The notes: a model not told the origin generated them from the letters alone. A DNA stretch of 64,000 nt from Mobula hypostoma (GCF_963921235.1 NC_086118.1:29328001-29392000), one strand, 5' to 3'; positions 10,750 through 25,128 are shown, counted from the stretch's first letter. Numbers and translations are program-made.

Positions 10750-13310
10750 TTAGTCCTGCTCCCTTGACCTGAAACATCTGGCAGTCAAGTGTCGTTTGTC
10801 TACTGTGGGAGTTTTCTATCCCTTCATCCTGATAGCAGTGTATGTATATTCCACCCCTGGCAAATGTCAAGCTGGCACCGTAGGAGCTGAGTCCTATAAT
10901 CTGCAGTCATGAGACAGCACACCCTGATGCCTTCCTGGTCATTGCAGGGGATATCAAGCAGACTAGCTTGAACTCTGTGACAAATTACCACCAGTGTGTC
11001 AGCTGCAGAAGAGCTGTCACAATCAATCACTACTGCACCTCCATTAAGAATGTTTATTATGCCATTCCGCACCGCATGTTGGCAAGTTCAATCACCTGGC
11101 TGTACTTCGATTCCCAGTATATAGTCAGAGAAATGAGGACTGCAGCACTGCTGGTAAAGACCGCAAAGGGTATAGTAAAGGGATGTGAAGGATTTTTTTT
11201 TTAAAGGATTGATTTGAATCTTTCGACTGGATTATGTTCAAACAATCATCATTTGAATCTGAATGAATATGCCACAGCTGTCACCAACTTCATGAAGACC
11301 TACGTGGATGAGTGTGTGCCTTTAAGAACATACTGACTTTTCCCAAACCAGAAGGAGTAGTTCCTCAGTCTGCTGAGAACATTCAAGACTGGCAATCCAG
11401 GGCCCTACAGGAAGTCCAAGTTCAAGTTTGTTATTCAACCGTACACATGAATACGGCCAAACAAAACAACGTTCCTCGGGGGCCAAGGTGCAAAACACAG
11501 TATCAACTGTCTTACAGAAGGCCATCATGAAAATGAATAGGTAATTCCATTTGAAGTTGAATACACAATCGGATGCATGTCAGCTGCGGCATTACTTAGA
11601 TAAGATTAACTTTATTTGTCACATGTACATTGAAGCATATAGTGAAATGTATTGGCAAGATGGAGCCAACAAACAGCGCAACCAACGGCAACATCCTGCA
11701 GACAGTTCATGAAATTGCTTTTTAATATGATTTTACTAATAATAAACTGTGTGCGATTGGAACCTGTGAGTTACATTTTGGTGGCGTGTTTTGAGCTGTT
11801 TGAGCGATTTAGCACTTGGCTGTCTCTGAAGTTCAGTGAGATTTTGAGTGAAGTGTGCGGCCTGGAGACGAGTTGTGAGCCGATGATAGGTTCCATTACT
11901 TCTCTCCAATTTTGGCGTCAAGCAAGGTTGATGTTGACAAGTACGAGTGGATATGTGGTGTTTGGTGCCATTTGCCTATATTTGATCAATCTTCCTTTCC
12001 CCTTTGCTAGCTGCTGACAGGAAAGTGGAGGAGCCTTGGGTTCCATGCTGCAAGGATTGATCGATGACACTATGGACTCATTTTGGGTGACTGAAGTTCA
12101 TGTTGCATGTATTTCTGGATTCTGGTTACTTTTTTTGCTGTTTTGAACAGTTTGATCGGGGCACTTCAATGAAGAATGGCTCTGTATAGAGGCTACATTG
12201 GGTTTAGCAACGTGACACTGAACTAAACTGAATACCACTGGACTTCTGGTTGATATTTGAAATTCTATGTGTTGTTCCTTTTTGCCATTCACGCAATTTG
12301 TTCTTTTATCGCACATTGGATGTTTTCTTGAATGGGTTCCATGATGTTTCTTTGTTTCATGGCTACCTGCAGGGCGAATCTGAGATGTATTCTGTATTTG
12401 ATATTAAATATACTTGGAACTTTGAAATATATTGTTTGTATCAATGACCAATACAGTCCAAGGATGTGCTGGAGAAACCCCCAAGTGTCGTTATGCTTCC
12501 AGTATCAATGTGGTATGCCCATAACTTACTAACTTTAACCTGTACATAAGGTGAAACCCAATAGCATAATTGGCAGTGATGTTTCACTCTCCGATACTCA
12601 ACAACTTTTATGCATGGTTGGAAAGAGAGAATAACATTACACCTGTGCAAATCCACACAGCATCTGTATTCTGTCTCGGAGGCTAATGTAAAAACATTCC
12701 TTTGAGGGTGAACCCTCATAAGGTGTCAAGCCTTGGTGGAGTACCTGGCAGAATACTGAAAATCTGTGCTGACCAACTGGCTGGTGTGTTCAAGGACATC
12801 TTCAGTCTCTTAGTACTTCAGTCCGAAGTTTTCACCTGCTTCAAAAGGGCATCAATCATACCGGTGCCCAAGAAGAACAGGGTGAGCTGCCTCAACGAAA
12901 CTCCTGCCTGGGCAGCAACCTGGACCCACTTCAATTTGCTTACTTGCACAACAGATCTACAGCTCCTAGGCTCACTACTCAGCTTTGGAGTACATAGACA
13001 GCAGTAAAACCTATGTCGGTCAGCTGTATCAATTACAACTTGACATTCAACACCATTGTTCCCTCAGTACTAAACAACCAATTTCAAAACCTGGGCCCTT
13101 GTACCACCCATTACAACTGGATCCTTGACCTCTAGGAAATCTTCAAGAGGCAATATCTTAAAGAAGGTGACATCCATCATTAAGGACCCTCACCATCCAG
13201 GACATACCCTCTTCTCATTACTGCCATTGGAGGGGAATAGCTTCTTCCCTCCGCCATCAGATTTCTGTCACAAAACATTTCATGGTATACCTGTATGTTA
13301 GTGTTAATAA
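10750..13310 (+). mobile_element. Decayed Rex1/Babar-like LINE with secondary insertions (about 11590-12440)
   Basis: Endonuclease remnant HPDAFLVIAGD and RT-region remnant KICADQLAGVFKDIF..CFKRASIIPVPKK..VSCLN. Confidence 0.7.
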
Positions 13311-14122
13311 ACTTGGTTCTAATTATAATGCTGCATGTTTCTTCAAAGGGTATTACACTTCATACACTGGTATACTACCTAGTGGCTGCCAGACAAGAGC
13401 ACTAATTTGTTACACAGCTCTTGACTCTGGACATTCATGGGTAAATACCCTACTGTACTTTAAAAGGCCCTCTGCTCAGTCTGTGCACGTTGCTGTGGCA
13501 GTTAAGTGGAATAAAACACTGCCTTCACAGGTACTTGCCAGCAGTAAATCACTCCAGACTTTGCAATGTTGTGACATGATTTGCCCAGGGTGTATAGTGC
13601 AGCTGCTCTGCTGAGGTGTGGGTTAGTGTATACCATGGCTACCATAGAGGCTACATGCTTATTACTGGGGACTACCTGAAGTTGTTCCAAGTGTTGATAG
13701 ACCATTCACTATCTGTGTCATGGCAACTTGTCAGTAACTGCATTGTTAAGCAGAATATGACAAAGTTCTTAAATGCAACTGTGTTTCCACTTAAGGATTA
13801 ATTTCTAAAATGTTTCACATAATTTTATAACAGCAAAACAGGCTCAATGATAAATAGAATGGATTAGGTATTTTTGATTTCATGTTTGTGAAAATGCAGA
13901 ATAACAACAAAGAGATGCAGTTAGACCTGAAATGCTTTAAGCTTTGCATTCATGAAAATTGAATTTAATCAATAATAAGTGATCACTGATAATCATCCCC
14001 ACCCCATTCCTTTGTTTTTTCTTAAACGTTTCACTGCAAAAGACATCAAATGGGACAATCATCTTAAGATTTAATTTAAATCATTTTCCATTTCTTTAGT
14101 TGCTTTTTTGCTGTTTATGCAG

Positions 14123-14236
14123 GGTCATCCCCAACATCTCAGAACGCCACGCTGCCTTCATCTAGTGCCTGGTCCTTCAGTGCCTCTGGCTACACTAGCT
14201 CTTTCAGCAGCTCTACATCTGCACCTAATCCTGCAG
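14123..14236 (+). CDS. TNRC6C: TNRC6C coding exon (Ser-rich, probable cassette exon)
   Basis: atgcAG|...|GTagg; 114 nt, phase 1-1; GSSPTSQNATLPSSSAWSFSASGYTSSFSSSTSAPNPA. Confidence 0.85.
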
Positions 14237-15489
14237 GTAGGGGTCCTTTTGCTTCAGTTGCTGACCAGACCCAAAATTCTCCATAGAAAGTGAGGAGGAT
14301 TGTAACAGTCAAAAATAAAGGGTTAATGTGCACTGATTGGACCTATAAAGCGGGTGGTATTATTCAATGAAACAGATGAGTAATGTTCCTTTCTCTGTAC
14401 TTACATTTTAATTGGTTATTTAAAAATTCCTCTTTCTGTACTTGACTGGAGCTATGTAATTTTCTCTTTCTTCCTCACTACATCATGAAAATAGTATTTG
14501 GGGGGAGGCCAGTGAAGAACATAAAACATTGAAGGTCTTCTATATTATTCCTTTGAATTTAATTTAACATTTACTTGCTTTACCCAAACATATTTTTCCT
14601 CATGTTAAATGTATGCTTGCTTTTTTTTTCATTTCTCTTCAAACTGCAGTAGTTAATACCAAGTGGAATTCAAAATGAAACTGAAAATAAGTTCACTTTA
14701 TTTCAGTTAAGGATTCCAGTTTGTATTCTTAAATTTTAGGTTCAATGTACTGATTTACAAAATTGGGAAATGTATTTAGACCCCGATCACAGCCATGAAG
14801 TTTGCAAACACTTTTCATTCAATTTACTGATTACATAAAATTGTCACTTTTATTTACTAGAACATGATAGACAAATTGGTAGGCTTGGATAAGTTGAGCT
14901 AAAAGGCCCTTTACATACTACATGAAGGGTAAAGTAGTTACGTCCCAAGCTTCGAATAAATAGTTGAGTGTGGTAGTATTGAAACATCCATAGCTTAAGG
15001 TGATAACATTACCATATAATATTCAAGCATTTGTTTTCTATTTCGCTCTCAACGTTACCAAAATGTTGGGGGAGAAAAAATTCTCTAATTGTAAGTTCAA
15101 AAATGGTTTTCTGTTTATGATATTTTGAGAACATAAAAGGTATCCTTTCCAAGTGATGGCTTGTTACTGTTTCTAGTCATTTTTTCTTCTATATTAAATT
15201 TATTAATAAATTTGAATAACATGTTCAGATTTGATCTATCCGTTTTTCCTTCTACCTCAGCATATAGAATTTAATTGTAAAAAGTACAAGAAAGCAAATG
15301 TGTGAATATTGTATAATGATATTGCTTCATGATGCAAATGTTTCAATATGTTTTGTTCTAAAACATTATTTGTCATTCTTCATGTAATTGTCAGAAGTGA
15401 TAATTAATGAAATGAATGAAAAAGCAGTTTTCAAATGTAGCAAGAATTGGGCTCTACAAATACTTTAATTTTGTGAATTGGCATAGGAT

Positions 15490-16200
15490 CAAAAGGTTTA
15501 AGAATACAAACTGGAATTCTAACTGAAGTGTAATGGCAATGGAAAGACTAATAAGGGTGATGCCTAGGCAGTGAATGATGGAACCTTTAAGTGCATTGCT
15601 GAACCTCTGTAGAGGAGTCCAATGATTCCTGAAGTTGACAGCACAAATTGATAACGTGGTGAAGAAAGCATCTGGGTTTAGCCAAAGCATAGAGCAGGAA
15701 GATCATAGTATAATTTTATAAAACATTGGTTAGGCCATAGCTGGAGTACAATACTATAGGAAGGACGTGATAACTGGAAAGGGTGCAGCGGAAATTCACC
15801 AGAAGGGAGTCTGGGATAGGCTATTTCAGCTATGAGGAGAGACTAGTTTGGCTGTGTTTACTTTCCTTGGAAAGGAGAAGGCTGACAAGAAACTTATTAG
15901 AGTTGTACAAAACTGGGGGCCATGGATATGGTAGATGGCTAGAAACTTGGTATAGTAGATAGCAAGAAATTGGAGACCATAGATTTGGGATAAGGAGGAA
16001 ATGATTTACAGGTGATCTGAGAAGGAATATTTGTTGAGTGTGGTATCTGGAAAGTACTACCAAAGTGGGTGTTGGAAAAGGGTACTTCCATTATGATTTG
16101 AGCAAATAAACGAGCACTTGAAGTGACAAGATACAGAAGGCTGAGTGGTGTTAGTAAAAGGGATTAGTATAGCGAGGGCTTGTTTCTATGGTTGACTGAA
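15490..16200 (+). mobile_element. Old CR1 LINE 3' fragment
   Basis: ttataaaacattggttaggccatagctggagtac is similar to the CR1 ORF2 tail (LYKxLVRPxLEY). Confidence 0.65.
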
Positions 16201-17085
16201 ATGTAAACTGTCTATTGACTAACTATTATGTGTGCAAGATTTTTAATATCTTTGAACATCATTCTATACTCTCATTTTCATAATTTTAAAAACAAAATAA
16301 TGAGAAATTGATTGGCAAGAAAGACTGCTTGTACAGCTTGCCTGAAAGCCGCCGTTCTGTTTCATTAGTTTTAAGCAATCTCATTGTTGTTCCTATTGGG
16401 CACAATCTGACTACCATTTGGCTAACTGGGCAATGTTTGTAAAATTGTAAACCAATGAAGGCAGTGCATAATCATGTAAGTCTAAAATATCTGAGCGGAA
16501 ATGGGTAGAATAAATGGACAAGGCCCAAAGAAAATAAGGTAAAAGCAAACGTTATTACTGGAGTGGGGGTGCAGTTCAGTGAAGAACAATGAAAGCAGCT
16601 ATATCCTGACCAGTAACATTCTTCACAGTAGAAAGCAGATTCTGGAATTCCAATTGGCAAAAATTCGGATACTTCCTCCTGGTTTAAAGTTTTAAAATGT
16701 TGAGTTATGTAAAATATATAAAATCCATAACTGGAACATAATATGAGGATCTGGTCATACTACTCTTTAAAGGACTTTTGGTCTGTTGGAATCTGCAGTA
16801 AAAAAAATCAGTTTCTTAGCAGAAGATTATGTATAGGAAACAAAGATTTTAAAAATATTGGAACGCTTCTCTGCAATAGAGTATATGGAGAGATACAACT
16901 CCTAAAATCGTGAGGTGGATTTGGAGATTAAGTAGGGTAAAAGGATATTCAGGTTAAGCTAAGAGGGGGTTAGGTAGGTTAATGGGGCAGTTGGAAGGTG
17001 ATTTTTTTTTTTTTGCTTCATCAATATTAGTGATAATAATAGCAAAGCTGTGGGACAAACCCAGCAAATCTGACTTCATAACTAG

Positions 17086-19160
17086 AGAAGTCCTTTATTT
17101 AATCTTGAATTGCTGCCTTTGGCTATAACACTCCGTGAAGCTAAAAATATTCATGGTATCTCTATAAATGGGACCACACATAAGATTTCTCTTTACGCAG
17201 ATGATCTTTTGGTTTATATTTGAAACCCTGAAGAATCTATTCCTAATCTTTTGGAAACATTAAATGATTTTGGAAAATTTTCTGGATATAAACAACTTAA
17301 ATAAAAGTGAATTGTTTCCATTAAATGCTCCTGTTTTTATATATAACGATATTCCATTTAGAATTGTGAATTCTTTTAAATATAGGTATTATCATCACTA
17401 AAAAATATAAAGATCTTTATAAAGCTAATGTAGTTCCATTAATGGACTCTATGGAACAATTATTTTCTAGATGGAACCCACTTACACTTTCTTTAATAGG
17501 TCATATTCATGCCATGAAAACGATGATTTTACCTAGATTTTTATATTTTTTCAAAATATACCTATCTTTTGACTAAAAAGTTTTGATCAAATTGATTCTA
17601 TTATTTCATCCTTTATTTGGAATAATAAAAAACCAAGAATTAGTAAGTATCATTTACAAAAATCTGGAAAAAGATGGTGGGCTTGCACTACCTAATTTAA
17701 GATTGTATTATTGGGCTGTTAATATTCGACAGTTATGTTTTTGGCTATATTGGCTCGTTAAGAGCCAAAAACCAGCTTGGATTGATTAGGAATTAAAAGC
17801 TATCAAACACTTTCATTTAGCCTACAGATTTGGTTTCAGTTTCGGAACTCTTTTAATTTGAAACAATTTAAATTGTCTAGCTCTTTACATGGAAAATGTC
17901 TACTTAAACCATCAATAACCGATCCCATTTTTCTCTTATGGAGGAATAATGGGATCTGTTCTTTTGCAGATTTATTTTGTGGTGGTCGATTGATGACTTT
18001 TGAAGAGTTAATTAGCAAATATTCTCTCTCAGACACATTTCCTACAATATTTTCAGGTTAGACATTTTTTACAAAAATACTTATCAAAGTTTCCATATAA
18101 GCAAGAATCTGATTTGTTGGATACTATTTTAAATATGAATCCATTAGTGAGAGGTTCCATTGGTAGAATTTATAATTTATTTTTACTACAAAAAGATAAC
18201 CTCTCACTAAAGATTAAACAAGATTGGGAGAGAGAACTTAATATGACCTTTGTTAATGAAGATTAGTTGTGAGTTTTGAAAATGATTAATTCTTCTTTGA
18301 TATGTGCCCATCACTGTTTAATTTAATTTAAAATTGTTCACCGTTATTATTTAACAAAGGAAAGATTATCTAAAATATTTCCTAACATAGACAATTATTG
18401 TGATAGGTGTAAAACTGAAGTAGCCATTTTGGCACATATGTTCTGGTCATGTTCTTCATTAAAATCTTTTTGGAAATCTTTATTTTCTACAATTTCTAAA
18501 GCTCTGAAAATTAATTTACAACCTAATACATTGACTGTCTTATTTGGAATAATTTCGCATAATATTCAGGGTATTTCATCTTCAGACCAACATGTAATTG
18601 CATTTGTCACATTGTTGGCAAGAAGGGCTATTTTATTGAAATGGGAAGATACCTCTGTCCCTACATTAATTCAATGGTTTTCTCAAGTAATGTCATGTCT
18701 TAGCTCGGAAAAAATTAGAAATAGAACTTTTGATCCTCGATTCGATTTTTGAGAGAAGATGGGGCTCTTTTGCCAAATATTATCATTTAATTTGAATTAA
18801 TTTATATGGTTTCCTTCCAATCTTATTTTATATAAATGTGAATTGGCAGCTGATGATTTTTCTTCTTTATTTATATAGATGATTGTAAGTCGTATTGCTC
18901 CGGGAGTTGGTTCCTAATGGGTTTTTTCCTCTCTTTTCTTCTTTTTTCCTTCTCTTTCTCTTGTAGTTACTGGGTTTTTTTTCTCTTTTAGTAGTTGGTG
19001 TTCTCTTTTTCTTTTATAACATTTTTTTTCATTATCATATTTTTTGCTAAGTTTTTTTCTTCAGCTTTTATATATATATATATATTTACTGTAATCTTGT
19101 ACCATTTTAAAGCTGTAGAAGAGTATGTATCAATAAAAAGATTTTAAAAATTGAAAAAAA
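17086..19160 (+). mobile_element. 5'-truncated L1-clade LINE (ORF2 RT to 3' end), disrupted
   Basis: HKISLYADDLLVY (17191-17205 covers LYADD), GGLALPNLRLYYWA, CDRC...HMFWSC zinc knuckle; T-rich 3'UTR, AATAAA at 19132 and an A-rich tail. Confidence 0.88.
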
Positions 19161-19199
19161 GAACTGAACCAATATCAAATGGATAACTTGATGCAGAAA

Positions 19200-19880
19200 T
19201 AACCATTTCTAGTACAGAGGTAAAAAAGCATGTTATTAAAGTTGGAAAATATTGATATGGAGTCTTGAAGGCTGCAGTATTTCAGAAAGATGATGAGATG
19301 TTATTCTTCAAGTTGTATTGAGCCTCTTTGTTAACAGTTTAGAAGGCGTAATATCGAATGGCCACAGAGGAGGATGGGGGATTTAAGTAACAGGCAGCCA
19401 GGAGCTCATTTTTTATGGGCTGAATTCAGCTGCACTACCAGGTGATCATCCAATCTGTTTGTTTTCTCTAATATAGAGGGGATAGTGTTGTGAAGACTGA
19501 ATGCAGTAGACTAGATGGGAAGAAGAGCAGGTGAACTACTACTTCACCCTGATGTTGGATAGGAAAGAATGGAAACAGCAGGTGTGCATCTCATCCACTG
19601 GGGTGGAAAATTGCCTTAAAATGCGGACTTGTTAGCAAGGACAGATAATTGTCCAGGGAGTCACAAAGGCAAGGATCCCTTCAACGTTGTGGGAGGTGGG
19701 GAATATGTCTGGTGGAGATAATTGAAATTGCATTGGTTCAGGAGGGTGGCAAGGACCAGGAAACTTTGTTCTATCCAGGAAGATGAGGTAAGAGCACAGG
19801 TGTGGTCCAGGGCTCTGTTCGCTATGGTAGAAGAAAAGCCACAATTCAGGAAGAAGTAATACATTATGGGGCATCTCATC
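19200..19880 (-). mobile_element. Decayed Penelope-like element ORF fragment
   Basis: FFLNCGFSSTIANRAL resembles the PLE segment after the RT domain; heavily frameshifted. Confidence 0.5.
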
Positions 19881-22029
19881 TGTGGCTAATGCATTGACAT
19901 TTTTGACAATACTGAACTGTTGATGGTCAAAGATCAGCTCTGCAGCAGTAGAAGTTTATATATTGAAGTAGGCGCATGTCAGAGCAACGGCGAAGTTAAT
20001 TGCTACATGAAGTGGTTAATATTGATGCATTTAAGAAAATTTTATGCAGATGTGAGGAAGAAAATGTGATACTGGAACTTTGCGGAAGGCGGTAAAGAGG
20101 CTTTTCTGGGTAAATGCCCTGCTTCTGTACTATCAGATTAAGGCAATCAATGCTGGAATTATAAATTATTTTTGATGCAAGATTTGATTAAAGAAATTTG
20201 CATAGGCATATGAGGGAAAAAGATGAAGTGAAATTATGTCACTGGATGTGAGAACAAGTTATCATCCTCCCATACTTTAAAAGTGACTTTTTAAAATGTT
20301 TAGTTTTGCAAATATAAATTGTAGATTGATGTCAGGTGTGTCATTTTTCATATTCACTTCAAAATTTCAATGCAGGAAAAGCCAGCAAATATATATATAT
20401 TTTAGCAAGAGTTTATCTGCCTGGAATTTGTGCAAATTTAGACCCAAACATAGAATGTGTGTGAGAGCTGGTATTTTTCAAGGTTTCAGCCCAAAATATT
20501 GAAAATTCCTTTGCCACCACAGATGCTGCTCAACTCAGTTAATTCCTTCATAAGATTGTTTGTTCTTCCAAATTCCAGTACCTGCAATCCCTTGTGCTAG
20601 TTTATTTTCTGAAGTTTATCACAGTAATGTGCCTAATGTACTAAAATAACTAAATGTACAAATGTGGCAATCTGCTTTGAGAATGAATGCAGTTTTGTTA
20701 TCACTGTATTGCTTTCCACTTCTGTCCTAATGCACCCTTCCCTCTCCTCCATTGTCTTCTAGTGGACATTGACCTTATGCATTGTCACATATTTGCCTCC
20801 TTTCTTTCACTTTTATCATCTAACAAACTCTGATCTTCCCATTTTTACGCTTTTGCACAGGTTGTTCTTTGTGACTTACATTTTTTTAAATACAGGTCAC
20901 CATTTTTTTGATTATGTCATCATTTTTCAGTCATTCTGTCATATCTTATATTACATAAGTTGGACAGACGCCATGCAATAGCATTAAAATATTTTAATTT
21001 GCTCAGCTTCAATATTTTTATGTTGTAAATCTTGTTTTTCTGAAGTTGGAACTATTCCGCATTGTGGGTCGTGAATAAATTCTGGGGAAACCATCCACTG
21101 GATTGCAAAACGTATAGAAGATCAAATTGCTGATTTGTGAAGGAAAGCACCGTGGTGCATGAAAAATCATTGCTAGAATTTGTGGAGAATATGCATTTAA
21201 TTTTATGAAATTGTACTCCCATTGGAAAAAATTTGTTCATAAGCATGAGTAGTGATTTACTTGAATGATTCTTTATTGGCTAACCAGCAGAATGAATGTG
21301 TGAATCCCTGTTGTGCACTCATGAATGAGGCTCCTTGCTGGGGGGGAAATATAGGGTTACAAGTAGTTATTTTCTGAGTACTCAAACCTTTTTGGTTCGC
21401 TCCTCATTTCCATCGTTTTGTACAATTTTCCGAATGCCTCATGAAATCGGAGAATACAGTGTATTTAAGTGGCATTAAAGTCTGACCGGATAAAAATGTT
21501 TACTGGCTCATCTCCAAAGTTTAATGGAAGAAATGGTACAGCAAAATAATGCATCTTTGTGTACCAACTGGAAAGTTTAAGTTGCCCATTTACGACTTTT
21601 TTAGAATTTTGAGCAATTGATTGTGGAGTGACTAGAGTTATTGTTTAATGGTAGAACATTAACAATTCAGAAATATGATTATGTATTTTTACTAGAGGCA
21701 AATTAACATCAACAGCATTCTTAATTCTCTGGATATTTCACGTGTGCTAGTCTATATTTTATTAAAAATGTATTATTATTTTAATGGATAGTTGAATCAA
21801 TCTGAAAACTTCATCCTAACTCAGTTTAACTTGCCTCAAAAAATTGATGCAAAGATATAAATATTTAAGCATTCACATATTACTTTGTTTCTTCAAATGA
21901 CAAAATGTCAATTGAGAAGGAGAGTTCTCAATTTTTACTGGTCATGTGAGGGACTGATTGTGGTTTAAAAAAAAAACAGGGTAATAGATGCCTTCCTAAC
22001 ATGTTGAAATATAGTAACAAATGCAGAAG

Positions 22030-22310
22030 CCCTGTGGTCATGTAGCAGTTAGCATGCAGCTCTTACAGCTTGGGGCATTTTGGAATTCAATTCCGGTACA
22101 GTTCTGTGAGGAGTTTCTGTACACCCTCCCCATGGGATTTCCCCCCATCTACTCTGGATTCCTCTCACAGTCCAAAGATGTACTGGTTAGGTTAATTGTT
22201 TATGATAAATTGTCCAGTGATTAGGTTAGGGTTAATCGGAGTTGTGGGGTTGCTCAGGCGGTGTAGCTTGCTGTAAGGGCCTACTTTGCGCTGTTGCTAA
22301 ATAAATAAAT
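22030..22310 (+). mobile_element. tRNA-derived SINE (V-SINE/HE1-like)
   Basis: Degenerate A/B boxes, ctctggattcctctcacagtccaaagatgtactggttaggttaatt core, (TAAA)n tail; related copy at 56393-56590 (-). Confidence 0.6.
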
Positions 22311-22507
22311 ATTCAGATATCTCTGAGATTGTGTTCTATGGTAATATGAGTCTTCATTCTGAAGTGGAAATAATGTGTTTGAAGTTTATGTACCAGACAT
22401 GTTTTGCACTTTGAGTGTGTTCAGTGTTGAAGTGTAGTATGCTTGAAATCAAAATGTTCATTTAGTTTGGTTCTTTTTGACTACAAAATGTTTTTCCTAT
22501 ATTTCAG

Positions 22508-22708
22508 CTAAACTGACAGATAAATCTACTTGGTCACCTGGACCCATTGCTCAAACTCAAGCACCACTGTCACACGAATTGTGGAAAGTGCCGCTAGGAT
22601 CCAAAAACACTAGGCCTCCACCAGGCCTGACAAATACCAAGCCATCACCATCATGGGGTGTCAGTTCACTAGGACTTGTCTCAAGTTGGCCAAGCTCTTA
22701 TTCCTCCA
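22508..22708 (+). CDS. TNRC6C: TNRC6C coding exon (M2 region)
   Basis: tttcAG|...|GTaag; 201 nt, phase 1-1; KLTDKSTWSPGP...LSHELWKVP...TRPPPGLTNTKPSPSWG. Confidence 0.92.
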
Positions 22709-23307
22709 GTAAGTTATTGTCTTCTGATATCTTTGTTATCTTTCAGATGAATTCCGATGTCATTTCAATTTGTTTATGATTTGAAGCAACTGAAAAATTG
22801 AAAGAATAATCAGGTGTTTTTGTTGACAGAAAATAGAAATCCTGAGCCAGAAAACTGTCTAAATACTTTTGCATATATTTATCAAATTTAGTGTACTAAC
22901 ATAGTACAGTATTTTTTCAAATGAATTCAAATAACAATGCATCTATCCTTCAAGTGTGTATCTTTTCTACCTCCTACCTTTAATCAAAGAAGTTGAACGT
23001 AGTTCCCTAACTTAAGGAATAAATGGGTTTTGCAAATTATAATATATATTTTATATCCATCATCCCATATGAAATTGAATAAATAAAGCTTTCTATTAAT
23101 TTTTTGTTATTATTACATTTGTTCTTCAGTTACATGTGCTATTCATTTCCTTTGTTAGCCACTTAAAGAACTGAGAAAATCATCACATTTTTATTAAAAT
23201 GAAGTGACAATTTGGTTGGTGGTACTTTTTAGAGTAGTCAAAATCTATTGTAGAATTAGATGTAAATAAATGTTCTGGGTAATAACATTTTGTTTTGCCA
23301 ATTTTAG

Positions 23308-23378
23308 GTTCTGCTTGGAGCACAGATAGCTCTGGGAGAAACAATAGCTGGTTGGTTCTGCGAAACTTAACACCACAG
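23308..23378 (+). CDS. TNRC6C: TNRC6C coding exon, start of RRM
   Basis: ttttAG|...|GTaag; 71 nt, phase 1-0; SAWSTDSSGRNNSWLVLRNLTPQ. Confidence 0.92.
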
Positions 23379-24467
23379 GTAAGAAGCATTAGCTTCTTGT
23401 ATGAAAGTAACCTCGCCCTTGCATAGAAGTCTAAACATCACTGCAACTGAAAAGTCTGAATTCATTATATCTCTGAATGGAAATTATACTGTTTCACACA
23501 CCTGCAATTACAGAATTTATACTTAATATTAGCTTAAGTTTTAAGGTTAGAATCACAGACTCTAGAATTTAATTGGCATCCATTGACCCTTCAAGGCATT
23601 TTTTTGTGAATGTATAACAAAAATAAGCATTCTGGTATTCTCACTTTCAAAATATGGCAAAACCCTAATTCATACTGTGTGGTATTGGTGGTGGTGTGGG
23701 GGGGGAGGTGTAGATTCCACTTAAAACCAGCAGCTTTTGTAATCTGAAGTGCTGCAAAATTAGCAAATATATGTATTTACCATAGAATCCATATTAATAA
23801 ATGTGTATCTAATATGCTGTTTTATAAAGTTAGAATGTGCTTGTGATTTTAGTTTTGATACCTCTTAAGAACACACTAATAACACTCAGGTTAAAGTTGT
23901 TTCTTCATTTCTTATTGCAAAGATGAGAGTACAAAGTTTTAGTCTCCTTAAAATAGAGTACAAAACTCCAAGGAAATAGCAGGAGTGTTTATATTTTCCA
24001 AAGTGATATTCACTCTTACAGATGGATGCAAATGTTATTTTGAAGAGCAGAAATATTTGCAATAACATAGCCTATGTTTAGCCTTCAATTTAAATTTCCA
24101 TATTTAAAAAGGAAATATTTTCAGATATTTATTAGCTTTGTATAACAGTTTTACAGAGATTTATGTAGTCCCTTCAAAAATTGAGACATTTTCTGTAATC
24201 ACTCACCATTTATGGTTTTGTGTTTTCTACACATGCGTGAAAACAATTTAATGTATTGGCAGTGTTTAAAATGATTTGTTACCAGACGTAAATCCTCACA
24301 AATCTGCATCTTTTGTACCAATTTTTCTCCCTTTCTCCAATCACCCATTAACTCGCTTGTTCCAACTGCTATCCCCAATCCCCTTTCTTGCTCTACATTG
24401 GCTTAGAAACAGACAATCCTAAGGATTTTCTGTTTTCAAGCTAATGCAGGAGCAAGAAAGCAACTTA

Positions 24468-24494
24468 AGTGTGTGTGTGTGTGTGTGTGTGTGT
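24468..24494. repeat. (GT)n microsatellite at the SINE tail
   Basis: Perfect GT run. Confidence 0.9.
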
Positions 24495-24504
24495 ACGTAC
24501 ACAC

Positions 24505-24807
24505 ACATCCTTTAGTCTCAGGAGACAATGGATTTGCGCCTTGGAAGGTTTCCAGGGCGCAGGCCTGGGCAAGGTCATATGGAAGACCAGCAGTTGCCCA
24601 TGCTGCAAGTCTCCCCTCTCCACACCACCAATGTTGTCCAAGGGAAGGGCATTGGGACCCATACAGCTTGGCACCGGTGTCATCGCAGAGTAATGTGTGG
24701 TTAAGTGCCTTGCTCAAGGACACGCACGCTGCCTCAGCCAAGGCTCGAACTAGCGACCTTCAAATCACTAGATGAATGCCTTAACCACTTGGCCACGCTC
24801 CAACACG
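24505..24807 (-). mobile_element. tRNA-derived SINE with CORE/Meta-like central domain
   Basis: - strand: TGGCCAAGTGG A box, GTTCGAGCC B box, GTGTCCTTGAGCAAGGCACTTAACC core; copies at 44503-44810 and 49242-49580. Confidence 0.85.
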
Positions 24808-25128
24808 AAAACTTAAGTTTACACAATAGAATTGCAATGCATTGAATAATTTTGCAATATTTTTCCATTTTTAATGAAATTTGTTTTCCATAAACTGGAA
24901 ACCAAGATTGCACAACTTCAATCTCTCAATTTTGTGTAGGATTTGGAAGTTCAGAGATTTACTTCAGAAAATTAAAATAATGTGGGATAATGATTCATGG
25001 CTTTGATTTTGTGTGGGGTCTAAAATGTATAAGTTGGTAATTTATCTTGAATGTGATTTCTACCAAATTACAGCATAAAGTTATGCTTTAAGATTTATAA
25101 GTAAGGTTGGCTCATTCTTTTGCTGCAG

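Noticed and set aside
24730..24807. tRNA-like sequence (also at about 44505-44580)
   Set aside because: It is the head of a multi-copy SINE and continues into the core and tail, so it is not a tRNA gene
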